Positions 10,655-22,590 of a stretch of 51,699 nucleotides of DNA are shown here, one piece after another. Within the stretch, counting starts at the first letter, position 1, and the number at the start of each line of letters is the position of its first letter. The stretch comes from Octopus bimaculoides (Eukaryota). The notes under the pieces are model-generated. The model ran no database searches and was not told the origin of the DNA. It saw only the letters and a program-made list of their open reading frames with translations. Location of the stretch: contig NC_068998.1 in the NCBI RefSeq assembly GCF_001194135.2, forward strand, positions 14,645,492 to 14,697,190. The letters run 5' to 3'. The position numbers and the translations under genes are program-made.

Positions 10655-11159
10655 GTAGTAACAACATTAAAGCTTCAGCGATATAACAGTCAATATTACG
10701 AATTGACATTTAGTTAATGTTAATATTACACCGTGCTTTTAACGCGATGGTAGTATTATAAATTAACGTCGAAGCAAAAGTGGTAATATAAATTGTCCCT
10801 GAAACAATACAAATTGCCGTTAAAGCGTAATTGTATTACAAATTGCCATTAAGGCAATAATAACGAGATTCAAATTGACATTGAAACAATATTAAATTAC
10901 AAATTGCCTTTTAAGTAATTGTAAAATTCAAATTACGATTTGATCTCTAGTAAAGTTTTATGGCACAGACAAAAATATATTGACAAAATAGAAATGAAAC
11001 TGACAGATCATGAACGTCAGTTCTTTTAAAGGAGTTAAAAGATGACCAGCTAAAGTAAATGGAAATTAAAAATACAAAATGTGAAAGCTAAGCGAGTAAA
11101 AGTTTATTAATTACACCAGCAGAAAGATTACCCTCCAGGCGGTTCTCTGTTAGTGAAAG

Positions 11160-11298
11160 CTGGAGTGTGTATGTGTGTGTGTGTGTGTTTATATTACAGA
11201 GACAGTGTGGGTGTGTTTATATTACAGAGACAGTGTGTGTGTTTATATTACAGAGACAGTGCGTGTGTTTATATCAGAGAGACAGTGTGGGTGTGGGT

Positions 11299-11331
<33 letters not shown>

Positions 11332-11395
11332 GAGGAGGAGGAGGAGGAGGAGGAGGAGGAGGAGGAGGAGGAGGAGGAGAAGGTGGTGAGAGAAC
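11160..11395. repeat. Minisatellite (approx. 26-28 bp, gtgtgtttatattacagagacagt x4) followed by (GA)n and (GAG)n
   Basis: Read directly; explains the poly-R and poly-E ORFs. Confidence 0.92.
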
Positions 11396-12303
11396 ATTGC
11401 AAACAATAAATGAAATAAACATGAAATGAAAACATTGTATAAATAAAAGCTCGTTAAAAACTATCTTCTACCGAATATCTAAATTTGTGAACTTGAAACA
11501 TGCAATAAGAAAAGGAAGTTCAGTAAGTAAATTTTCCTGAAAATTTCAATTCATCTCACTTGCTTAGTAAATATTTCTTTCAGTAATTTATCGTAGTTGT
11601 AATATATCTGTAATTTAAGCAAGCTTCAAGGCTTAGCTTGCTAGAAATAGCAGCGATCACATAGTTATTATTGCAAGGCTTTTAGCATTCCAAAGAGCCA
11701 TACCAACAAAATTACTTCTAAATTTTTTTATTTAAATAATTAAATCGGTATATTAAAAAACTTTCATTTTATCAAACATAAGCCTCTACGTTATACAGCT
11801 ATTTTGTCTAATAGCATTTATTCATTAATTCTTTTTTTTTTCACATTACGTATATAGAATAAACTGGGTTTTGCAAATAGCGAATTAAAACTTGAAATGA
11901 AAACTTTGAAATGATTATATATCAAGTTATCATTAATTAAAATAGAGGCAAGAGAAAATGAGGGATTGTTGCAAACGAAAACGGAAAATTTCGCCTGCAA
12001 CGAATTAATATTCTTTATTAAGTCTTCTCCACAATAAATGGATCGAATTTGTGAATAACTTGCAGTTCAAATATTCAATATCCTTCAGAAATCGAAAGTA
12101 TAGGAAATTTCTTGGAACATGAATGTAGAAAAAATTTCCAGACGGTCAAGCCTTTAATAATTGCTTTCATTTAGTAAGTGATACATACCTAATTAATAAG
12201 CAGCTTTCTTCATTAAAATATAAATATATATATATATGGTACGGTGATATATGTTGTTGTCTAAATAACGCAAAAAGTGAAATAACACTGACATCTCAAT
12301 GTT

Positions 12304-13058
12304 AACAGATATATTTCCCAAATTACATAAAAATATCTTGAAATATAAGAGTAAATCTATTCAATAAACTTGCCTCTCCGCACGACATGTCCGAGTGGTC
12401 AGAGTCGGGAAGGGGTAGTTCCAGTGGGTCGAAATTTGCTGATGTCTTTTGTTCCTCTGACAAGAGCTGCGTTGAAGGTGTTTTTGTAGGCGCTGTGGTG
12501 GTGGTTGTCGTTAGCGCCTCTGTTGCTCGCATTGTTGTCTCTCGTGTAGTTGGTGGCAGTGTGCTTGTTGGAGCCCTAGCTGCTTTCTTTTTGTGGGGTT
12601 TCTTCACTTGTTGAAGTTGCTTTTGTTGTTGGGGGTTGCTTCTGTAGTTGGGGTTGCTTCAGTTGTTGTAGTGTGGGTGGTGCTTGTATCAAAGGGATAG
12701 CGCCCTCCTTCTGTTTTAGTTATGGGTAGAAGACTTTCACGTGGTTATTCTCTCTGCATTGATGCCATCTTGGCCTTCTGCCCTCAACTGTGACTTTCAC
12801 CATAGTGCCATCTGGAAGTGCCATCTGGAAGGCGCCATCTGGAGGCGCTAACGACAACCACCACCACAGCGCCTACAAAAACACCTTCAACGCAGCTCTT
12901 GTCAGAGGAACAAAAGACATCAGCAAATTTCGACCCACTGGAACTACCCCTTCCCGACTCTGACCACTCGGACATGTCGTGCGAAGAGGCAAGTTTATTG
13001 AATAGATTTACTCTTATATTTCAAGATATTTTTATGTAATTTGGGAAATATATCTGTT
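12304..13058. repeat. Inverted repeat: 217-bp arms at 12304-12520 and 12842-13058, 321-bp spacer
   Basis: The arms are reverse complements with one difference found by eye (gcggagagg vs gcgaagagg; ORF track DMSCGE vs DMSCEE). Confidence 0.95.
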
Positions 13059-14055
13059 GGTCAGGAATTTGTCTTGGTTTATTTGGATCATTATTATCAA
13101 TTCTTGACCAGTCCAGTTGTTTTCCTTGTCGCTTGACTTGGATGGTTCTGATTTTATCTTTTAAGTCGAGGAGGACGGCTGCCCCAATCCAGCAAGCGTT
13201 CATTTCTGGTGGGATCTTTAGTATGTTTACCTTGGCGACGCGCCGTCCCAAGTATGTTGGGACTAGGACAAGTTCACTATTTGTCAGCTGGGCAGTTGAG
13301 TTCTGTTTTGCTACGTCTTCTGTAGCAAATCTAACTTCAATTGTGCCATATATCTTACTCCTCGACACATATGTTACGTCTTTCCAAATGGGTTGCAAGC
13401 ATTCTCAACTGCTTACTTTGTGGCAGTTTCTAAACGTCTATTTTTTTAAAGATATAGTTTTGTACACTATGGTATGCTTGTTTGTATTGTCTATAATATC
13501 TGGAGGTGTGTTTATCGAGACACATCTTTCGCTTTTTCATTTTAACATGTTTCTGTAGTCTTTGAAAGATTCTACAGAAACATTAAAGAATTCATTTCTA
13601 GGCTTCGTCATTAAAGCAAAACCTCGGCTGTTTAATGCATTGGGTTGTTGTTGTTGAGTGTTCCATGTGTTAGTATTATTAGTGGTAGTAGGCGGGCTTG
13701 GATTCACAGGTGTTGCAGCGTCCATTAGCTGAATATCCTTGCTCTTTTCCTTTTCTTTCTCGCGTTTCTTCTTTTTCCTTCTGTTGCCCAGCGTAGGACA
13801 TGGTAGCAAGACGTTGGTCGTCCCTTTCTCCTCCTTGTAAGACGCGAAGAGAGCGGAGGCAATAAATTTTAAAACTTTTTCGGTTGTTTTCAGAGGGCAG
13901 AGGAGGGAAGTCAAAACGAAAGGAAGATCTCACACTCCAAGGACATTTTGCACATATTAAAATTGAAAAATGAAAAAAAAAATGAAGAATTTAAAGGGGT
14001 AAAGTCCTGCCTAACTGCTCAGCTCAGCAAGAGCCCAGTCGGCCCGGTCACAGAA
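12304..14055 (-). pseudogene. ORF1 (gag-like) of an L1/Tx1-type non-LTR retrotransposon with 5' UTR, disrupted
   Basis: ORFs 13914-13537 and 13398-13021 are in one frame separated by 3 stops. GTIEVRFATE...LVLVPTYLGRRVAKVNILKIPPE is RRM-like. After the inverted insert the frame resumes LPDGTMVKVTVEGRRPRWHQCRENNHVKVFYP, a degenerate CX2CX4HX4C knuckle (C to W, C to Y), then a Thr/Pro-rich tail ending near 12323. No ORF2 seen. Confidence 0.72.
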
Positions 14056-14162
14056 ATGTCGTAAAATATTTTCTGATACAAAAAATATTATCTGTAAAAA
14101 TTGAGCAAAAGCTTACAGCCCACGAACACACATCCTTCCTCTTTGAATCCACGAGCAGAGTC

Positions 14163-14292
<130 letters not shown>

Positions 14293-15045
14293 ATCGTACA
14301 TATGTTTATTCTTTTTGCTATAAATATTTGCTCTTTTAATTTTTATGGTATTTATTAGCGGTATATTTTCAATACAAATATGGACGGGAGCAACTGTATA
14401 TGTTAGAGGAGGTTAATAGCCGGATAATAAATAACGTAAATAGTATTGCATATTCAATTTGAAAAGATCTAAAAAAAATATAATGGATTAAAAGAACACT
14501 TTCTGTCAGATGTCAATGTACAGGGAAGCATTGAATATTCAAAAAAAATAGCTGAAACACATTTCCAGAACGTCAGAAACAATTATCAACTTTATAACCA
14601 AAATAGTTATAAAGGTTATTATAAAAATAGTGTATAAAACATTAATATTATAAAATATATGATATATGAGAATTCCGCTGTGGATCTCAAATGTTCATAT
14701 ATTATTCTCTTTTGGCAGAGAAATAAAAAGAGATTAATTCAAATCAGGTGGACAAAAAGCTGCTAGGGACATAATTGTTATGTTTATTGATTTCCTGCTC
14801 CGACCAAATTGTTACCAATTTACGAGATATTATAGACTATGAGATTGTATGTGATGTTCATGTTAGTGTTTATAGTTTTTTTTTTTATTTAACAAAAGAG
14901 ATTTGGTGCCATGCATAAAACTAATTGTCTTCACGAGAGACAAATGACCCCAGTTGGGAAGTTGTTTTCTGAAAATCTTCCTGTGTTTCTTCTCTCTCGG
15001 TTATCTCTAGTGTCTTCCCCAACATGAAAGCATGCATACAAGGTG

Positions 15046-15263
15046 CAAGCATGGCTGTGTGGTAAGACCTTAGATTCAGAAGCAAATGGTTCCGAGTTCA
15101 GTACTACTACCTGACACTTTGGACAGTTGGTTTGTACTAATGCCCAGGATCCACCGATGCCTTCTGAGAGGATTTGGTTGATGAAAACTGAAGGAAACCC
15201 GTCGTGTATGTATATATATGTATATATATTTATATGTATATATATATATATTTATATATATAT
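15046..15263 (+). mobile_element. SINE family B head running into its internal (TA)n and an assembly gap
   Basis: gcaagcatggctgtgtggtaag...ggatttggttgatgaaaactgaaggaaacccgtcgtgtatg matches 24808-24975. Confidence 0.8.
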
Positions 15264-16260
15264 NNNNNNNNNNNNNNNNNNNNNNNNNNNNNNNNNNNNN
15301 NNNNNNNNNNNNNNNNNNNNNNNNNNNNNNNNNNNNNNNNNNNNNNNNNNNNNNNNNNNNNNNNNNNNNNNNNNNNNNNNNNNNNNNNNNNNNNNNNNNN
15401 NNNNNNNNNNNNNNNNNNNNNNNNNNNNNNNNNNNNNNNNNNNNNNNNNNNNNNNNNNNNNNNNNNNNNNNNNNNNNNNNNNNNNNNNNNNNNNNNNNNN
15501 NNNNNNNNNNNNNNNNNNNNNNNNNNNNNNNNNNNNNNNNNNNNNNNNNNNNNNNNNNNNNNNNNNNNNNNNNNNNNNNNNNNNNNNNNNNNNNNNNNNN
15601 NNNNNNNNNNNNNNNNNNNNNNNNNNNNNNNNNNNNNNNNNNNNNNNNNNNNNNNNNNNNNNNNNNNNNNNNNNNNNNNNNNNNNNNNNNNNNNNNNNNN
15701 NNNNNNNNNNNNNNNNNNNNNNNNNNNNNNNNNNNNNNNNNNNNNNNNNNNNNNNNNNNNNNNNNNNNNNNNNNNNNNNNNNNNNNNNNNNNNNNNNNNN
15801 NNNNNNNNNNNNNNNNNNNNNNNNNNNNNNNNNNNNNNNNNNNNNNNNNNNNNNNNNNNNNNNNNNNNNNNNNNNNNNNNNNNNNNNNNNNNNNNNNNNN
15901 NNNNNNNNNNNNNNNNNNNNNNNNNNNNNNNNNNNNNNNNNNNNNNNNNNNNNNNNNNNNNNNNNNNNNNNNNNNNNNNNNNNNNNNNNNNNNNNNNNNN
16001 NNNNNNNNNNNNNNNNNNNNNNNNNNNNNNNNNNNNNNNNNNNNNNNNNNNNNNNNNNNNNNNNNNNNNNNNNNNNNNNNNNNNNNNNNNNNNNNNNNNN
16101 NNNNNNNNNNNNNNNNNNNNNNNNNNNNNNNNNNNNNNNNNNNNNNNNNNNNNNNNNNNNNNNNNNNNNNNNNNNNNNNNNNNNNNNNNNNNNNNNNNNN
16201 NNNNNNNNNNNNNNNNNNNNNNNNNNNNNNNNNNNNNNNNNNNNNNNNNNNNNNNNNNNN
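15264..16260. other. Assembly gap (largest). Others: 18788-19501, 21135-21359, 24369-24783, 27574-27697, 30378-30714, 33056-33288, 34195-34387, 38448-38545, 49137-49571
   Basis: Runs of N, almost all abutting (TA)n or (TG)n. Confidence 0.99.
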
Positions 16261-16296
<36 letters not shown>

Positions 16297-17177
16297 GTGT
16301 GTGTGTGTAGCATAGAAACTCATAAATTTATTCTGTACCAATACTTTTTTCACCTTATAATTGTATATAAATTCATTAGTTACTATAATTTATTAGTTTC
16401 TTTTGCATATTCTCAGTTTATTCATGTGTATGTAAATATAGTATTGGTATATCCCATTTATGTTCATTAGAAATTAAATAAATAAAGAATTTTGACATGT
16501 ACGAATATTTATTACCCCATCCACCCCACTGTATGTATATATCAATGTATACACACGTAAATATTGTGTCACACTGTGGAACCAGTTGGCATTGAACAAT
16601 GAGTCCGTAGGTAGTTGATGGATTGTTTGTGGTGCTCATAAAAGATCAATGCCTCTTAAGATATGCATTTTCACTCATCATCTGTTTTTTGTTTTTTTGT
16701 CTTTGATTGCATTGCTTACATATACGTATTTGTCTACGAAATGATGTAACTCCCACTGAAGGCTGTGATTCTATAGAAAATCTATAGACAAAAACTTAGG
16801 TGTAAAAATATCGCACTGCCAACACAAGGCAAGACACAATATTGATTTGTAAACATGTAATATACTTGATAGTATGTAATGGTTGCAAAACGAAATAGTG
16901 TGCCCTTGCCTGTAATTGACATATAGACATGCATGCATTTATTTGTATACACTAGTCTTTTTTGATTCGTGTAGGTTTATTCCTATCGAAATCGGTGAAC
17001 AATGACTTCATTTATTATGTTTGCAATAAGCTAATAAATGCTTAACTAGGTTTCTAACGGAAATGCACGCGCTTAAATCCTTCTGGCCAGAAGTAATTTG
17101 TAATTAAAAGCAATTATTTATTTCGTCAAGATAAATGTAATTGGTTTCACTCAAATTGAATCACCAAAGCAACGCGA

Positions 17178-17191
17178 GTGCGTGTGTATGT

Positions 17192-17240
<49 letters not shown>

Positions 17241-17420
17241 TGTGTGTGTGCGTGCATGTGTGAGTATGTGTGTGTGACAGTGGGGAGTTGTATGTGCGCG
17301 TGTTTATGTGTATGTGTGTATATATTTATACGCATACACATGTATTTCTTAAGTATATATTTCCAGGGCCCATATGTATGTGTGTGAGCGTGTGTGCTTA
17401 TGAGAGTGTTTGAGTGGGTG
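17178..17420. repeat. Degenerate (TG)n microsatellite. Comparable tracts at 20400-20560, 21070-21560, 23100-23385, 26913-26995, 29465-29650, 29920-30100, 31985-32255, 32570-32715, 37210-37362, 41540-41745, 51550-51699; (GAAA)n at 29175-29280; (GATA)n at 21360-21442 and 48075-48172
   Basis: Read directly. Confidence 0.95.
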
Positions 17421-17859
17421 TGTGCGTCTCCAGTCATCCTAACTAGCTACCATCTAATTCAGTAAAATCCACAAACCACTTAATATTCTAATGGAACCCG
17501 CGCTAATGAAATGTGATTGGTAGATCCTGATCCAAATAGGTATGAAATTCATGTAAAACTTAACATATTAAACTATATCTAATCTTATTCCTGTCAATGA
17601 AATAAAGTCTAGATAAATGCAACTATTGTGGCAACATCTACATACTAAAGAATACAAACTACACTAAAAACTAACCAAAAAGAAAATTTATAAACAAGCA
17701 CATAAACATTGCAATAAAAATAATCTAATCTCCACAGATATGGACAAACCCTCAGCTCCTCAGCTGGAAAACATAATTTCGACACTATGCATAGGTTTTG
17801 TAATTTCATCTAATCAAATTCCATTGTCCAGTTTATAAAAATCGTATCAAGCTACTATG

Positions 17860-18500
17860 ATAAACACTCCAAAGGTTTTCTGAGAACTGGTTAGAAATAA
17901 TAGCATTCCTTTCTACTATTCACATTGTGAAATACTGAGCGAACTATAGCATTTTTCAAAGGGGCTCTGATGTAACGGAAAAACGTAAATATAGCATAAT
18001 GAGAGAAATATATCTCGCTTGTGACTACCTATTTCAATGACAGAATAAGCTAATGCGAATCTTCAGCCAACGCGTTTAATTTTCGGTGCATATTAAAAAT
18101 GATAGAATGTGGGTGGAAAGAAAATTATCACACCAATCAAACAAACTCCATTCTCCAGAGTATTAAAGTCATAATACGCTACTAAGCTAAGCATTCCAAA
18201 AAAATATACTAAAATTTGGTTTGAAATAATAATAACGTTTCTTTCTGCTATTCATATTGTAAAATGTTGAGCGAACAATAACATTTATAAAATGGATTCT
18301 GCTGAAACGGAAAGCGTAAAAATAACTTTCCTATGAGTGGACCTAGAAAGAATAATGAGAAAATTATACTTCGCTCGTGACTTCCTATTTCAATAAAAAC
18401 TGAAGCTAATGGAAGTCTACACCCAATGCATGTAATTTTCGGTGTACATCAAAAATGATAGAATGTGGGTAGAAAAAAAAAATACTTCGCTCATCAAGCA
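17860..18500 (+). repeat. Old tandem duplication, period approx. 330 bp
   Basis: ctttctactattcacattgtgaaatactgagcgaac (17909) vs ctttctgctattcatattgtaaaatgttgagcgaac (18241); both units end aattttcggtg...aaaaatgatagaatgtgggt. Confidence 0.8.
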
Positions 18501-19859
18501 CATACAGCCAAGGAACATTTTAACTAATGTGAGATAATAAAAAGGAAAACCTAACTCTAATGCATCACAGTCCGATGATGGTTTGCTAGCCGAAACTTAG
18601 AAGTCACTCTCAACAATACCCTTGTTTAAGAATAATAAATTTGTACTCTACAAACGTATGAAGTAACCTTTCAGATTAATGTAAAATTAGTTTTATTATA
18701 ACAACATAAAAACAAACATGACTAAATAAGCAGTTATTTAGGAAATAAAAAGAACCCCTCCGTACACAACCATCGCTTGAAATCGGTNNNNNNNNNNNNN
18801 NNNNNNNNNNNNNNNNNNNNNNNNNNNNNNNNNNNNNNNNNNNNNNNNNNNNNNNNNNNNNNNNNNNNNNNNNNNNNNNNNNNNNNNNNNNNNNNNNNNN
18901 NNNNNNNNNNNNNNNNNNNNNNNNNNNNNNNNNNNNNNNNNNNNNNNNNNNNNNNNNNNNNNNNNNNNNNNNNNNNNNNNNNNNNNNNNNNNNNNNNNNN
19001 NNNNNNNNNNNNNNNNNNNNNNNNNNNNNNNNNNNNNNNNNNNNNNNNNNNNNNNNNNNNNNNNNNNNNNNNNNNNNNNNNNNNNNNNNNNNNNNNNNNN
19101 NNNNNNNNNNNNNNNNNNNNNNNNNNNNNNNNNNNNNNNNNNNNNNNNNNNNNNNNNNNNNNNNNNNNNNNNNNNNNNNNNNNNNNNNNNNNNNNNNNNN
19201 NNNNNNNNNNNNNNNNNNNNNNNNNNNNNNNNNNNNNNNNNNNNNNNNNNNNNNNNNNNNNNNNNNNNNNNNNNNNNNNNNNNNNNNNNNNNNNNNNNNN
19301 NNNNNNNNNNNNNNNNNNNNNNNNNNNNNNNNNNNNNNNNNNNNNNNNNNNNNNNNNNNNNNNNNNNNNNNNNNNNNNNNNNNNNNNNNNNNNNNNNNNN
19401 NNNNNNNNNNNNNNNNNNNNNNNNNNNNNNNNNNNNNNNNNNNNNNNNNNNNNNNNNNNNNNNNNNNNNNNNNNNNNNNNNNNNNNNNNNNNNNNNNNNN
19501 NTATATATATGTAGAGATGGATAGATACATGTATATATGTGTGTGAGTGTGTGTGTGTGTGTGTGCGCACACACTCACACAAGCTTAGAACAGTTTGGTA
19601 CAAGGAAGAGGAGAAGTATCACTTAATATATGAGTATAAATTCTGTTTTAATATTGTTACAAAAGTGACTGAAGAACCGAACATTCAGCGTATGGATTTT
19701 ATTAAACTAACTTCAAATCTAGGAAATTGTTCCCCTTATATAATAAATTTTCTCCATACTGGAAACGAAACAAGCTCCCAGATTTGGAGTCATTCTGATA
19801 AATGCCTTGCACGAAACGTACTGCACTTGACTCACATTCGTAACTTCCTATGAATTAAT

Positions 19860-20112
19860 GTTAAGTTAAAGTTACCTTCTCGAGTCACGCCAACTCATAA
19901 CACCCGGTTTCCCGGTCTCCGTGGCGTATGTATTCTCCACCTGGACGAGACGCCGCTCTGTCGCAGGGTTACTCATTTTCCCCAACTTACTGGACTGGAG
20001 CAACGTGAAATAAAGTGCTTTGCTAAAGAACACAACGCGTCGCCAGGTTCAGTAATCGAAACCACAATCTTACGATCAAGAGTGTAACATCCTAACTACT
20101 GGGCCACGCTCC
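19860..20112 (-). mobile_element. SINE family C (tRNA head plus Deu/Nin- or V-like segment)
   Basis: Reverse complement has A-box gtggcccagtagttagg, B-box ggtttcgattac, gcgttgtgttctttagcaaagcactttatttcacgttgctccagtcc and gagtaaccctgcgacagagcggcgtctcgtccagg, and ends aaggtaactttaactt. The domain name is tentative. Confidence 0.8.
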
Positions 20113-20129
20113 CCCACTTGTCGATTTAT

Positions 20130-20340
20130 GATAATGGTTTAAAAATTTGGCACAAGGCTAGCAAATTTAAGGCAGGAGGAAGTTGATTACATCGTTTAAC
20201 TGGTACATATCTTATCGATCCCAAATGTCGAAAGGAAAAGTCGATCTTTGTCGAATTAGAACTTAGAAAGAAAAGAGGCGGAAGAAATTCTGCTGAGGAT
20301 TCTGTCCAACGCGGCAATGAATCTGTTATCTCGCAGTCTT
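20130..20340 (-). mobile_element. SINE family A (degenerate)
   Basis: ttggcacaaggctagcaaattt...gttgattacatcg...tatcgatcccaaatgtcgaaaggaaaagtcgatc is family A in reverse. Confidence 0.75.
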
Positions 20341-20518
20341 CCCGATGACTAATAATAATAGAAAAACACATAACTACGCATTCCTACGTATAGAAATGCA
20401 TATACAGATATATGCATATATGTGTGTGTGTGCGTGCATTTATATATGCATTTCAATAAATACACACATACGTACATACATATGTATGTGCGTGCGTGTG
20501 TGCGTATGTGTATAAACA

Positions 20519-20549
<31 letters not shown>

Positions 20550-21363
20550 TGTGCATGTGGGATCAATTTATATAGGAGTGCGTGTCACATATTTGTCCAG
20601 GAACAGAAGTCAAAGTGCTAAATCATTCAAGATACGCCACCCACAAATTCTTCTAGCTTTGAAGCCTTAACACGCAAGTAAATTCTCACACACATATAAA
20701 AGCGCACGTGCACACACACACACTAACACTGACACTAATACTAAACACATACTTTCTTACATACCCATGCACATGTTAAAAACTAGATACGCCTCCACAT
20801 AATTATCACACTATAACCTATAAATACCAGGGTGGAGAAATCCGACAAATTAATTTTCAAAGATATGAGAAGTTCAATGGGGGCAGATAATTGTTAAGGT
20901 TACAGACTATGACGAAAGGTCTTTGAGAAACCAATCGGGTGATTGATCAAACAACGATTAATCACATAACTGATTATTAAATTAGCTAATTGGTGGACTG
21001 TTGCAACTAAGAAGAATAATCGAGTTAGACAATTAAAGCGCGCTGTTGACCTACAAGTACAACAATTTATATACATACATACATACATACATACATACAT
21101 ACACACACACATATATATATATATATGTATATATNNNNNNNNNNNNNNNNNNNNNNNNNNNNNNNNNNNNNNNNNNNNNNNNNNNNNNNNNNNNNNNNNN
21201 NNNNNNNNNNNNNNNNNNNNNNNNNNNNNNNNNNNNNNNNNNNNNNNNNNNNNNNNNNNNNNNNNNNNNNNNNNNNNNNNNNNNNNNNNNNNNNNNNNNN
21301 NNNNNNNNNNNNNNNNNNNNNNNNNNNNNNNNNNNNNNNNNNNNNNNNNNNNNNNNNNNATAT

Positions 21364-21441
<78 letters not shown>

Positions 21442-21869
21442 GGATTGAATATTTGATTCATGGATTATTAGATAGCTCTACATATGCTTGTACATATAAA
21501 TGTGTGTGTGTGTACGCGCGCGTGCATGTGTGTGTGTACGCGCTCGCGCGTGTGTGTGAGCATGTTGTTTAGTGCGTGATTAAAAGAAACACAATTTAAT
21601 AAAAAGAAAGCCAACATGAACAAATTGGTAATTTACATACATACTACACCGAGCGTGACCTGATAGCTGAAATAAAATCGATCGACATAAATTGACCATT
21701 TCGGCATTGGCAAAGGATTTGAGCAAGAAATGTTCTCGTTTGAAATCTTCTGTTAGTCTTTAAGCAAAAAGACGAAAAATAAAATAAACTGATTGGAAAT
21801 GTGGTTCAGCTTAAAATATAAGCAAATTATATACTTATATTATTTGATGTGCTTGCCATGTGAGCAGCT

Positions 21870-22590
21870 CCGACGAGGTCATACGAAGGCTACACAGAAT
21901 AGAACCCGTACAACTTATACACAACAGATATGCATTTAGCCTTGTCGTTGTTTCCCTCTACACAACAGTACCCACTCTTCCAGCTGTCAACTTAGTAACG
22001 GAGTGCATCAGTTCATATAATATATATTGCTATGACCTCACTCCACAGGACATACATCAACTTCTAGAGGTCGTCGTAGAAAATACTTATTTCACTTTCC
22101 ACCACCACATATGCAAGCAAACAACAAGTCTACCCATGGGATCCAGTCTTTTAGGCCTTCTAGCCATTACTTACATGAACCGACTAGAACGTCGAGGACT
22201 CAGCACTTGTCGCTCCTGTGTTTACTTCACTAGATACATAGATGATATTCTTATCGTTACTTCATCACGTGAAGAGGCCGACAAAATATCCTCGACATTC
22301 TTAAGCATAGATAGTAACATAAGATTTACCACTGAACACCCCGATGAAGATGGTTCTTTATCTCTACTAGACCTCCAGCTTAAAATAACAAAGGGAGGTA
22401 ATATATACACCAACTATAAGAAAGCTGCCAGTAGAGAATTGTTTGTGAATTATAGGTCAGCCCTAAAACGGGATACATACGAAATGAACTAGCACGTATC
22501 AAGAATAAATGTAGCAAAGTTGAAGACCAGATTACTCACACCGCACACTTCACATATATAATGAGGTTGAATGGATACCCAACATCTACA
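21870..22590 (+). pseudogene. Penelope-like element reverse transcriptase fragment (palm and thumb)
   Basis: FSLVVVSLYTTVP (motif A, D to V), KQTTSLPMGSSLLGLLAITYM (motif B), FTRYIDDIL (motif C) and FTTEHPDEDGSLSLLDL. After a frameshift, YEMN/ELARIKNKC...IMRLNGYP gives the PLE thumb NGYP motif. Confidence 0.9.

Larger units (their letters stand above)
6950..10935 (+). repeat. Ancient, highly diverged 30-bp tandem array, consensus approx. GAAGCAATAGTAAAATTACAAATTGCCATT
   Basis: Consecutive 30-nt units near 10381-10470 (gcagcaataactattttacaaataaccatt / gaaactgcagtgaaattacaacttaccaat / gaagcaatcttataattataaactgccgtt) and 10741-10800. Related units at 6960-7055, 7455-7840, 8735-8860, 9290-9540 and 9700-9950. 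Interrupted by SINEs. Confidence 0.75.

Noticed and set aside
11160-11300. Repeat-spacer appearance (CRISPR-like)
   Set aside because: The spacers are only (GT)n, the context is eukaryotic and there are no cas genes.
11460-12240. AT-rich block that may be a DNA-transposon or Helitron fragment
   Set aside because: No termini, TSD or coding motif identified within the window.
15076-16470. Long ORFs in the track (up to 447 aa), and similar ones over the other gaps
   Set aside because: They are runs of X across N-gaps flanked by microsatellite translations.
17080-17093. Perfect 14-bp palindrome cttctggccagaag
   Set aside because: A few such palindromes are expected by chance in about 48 kb.
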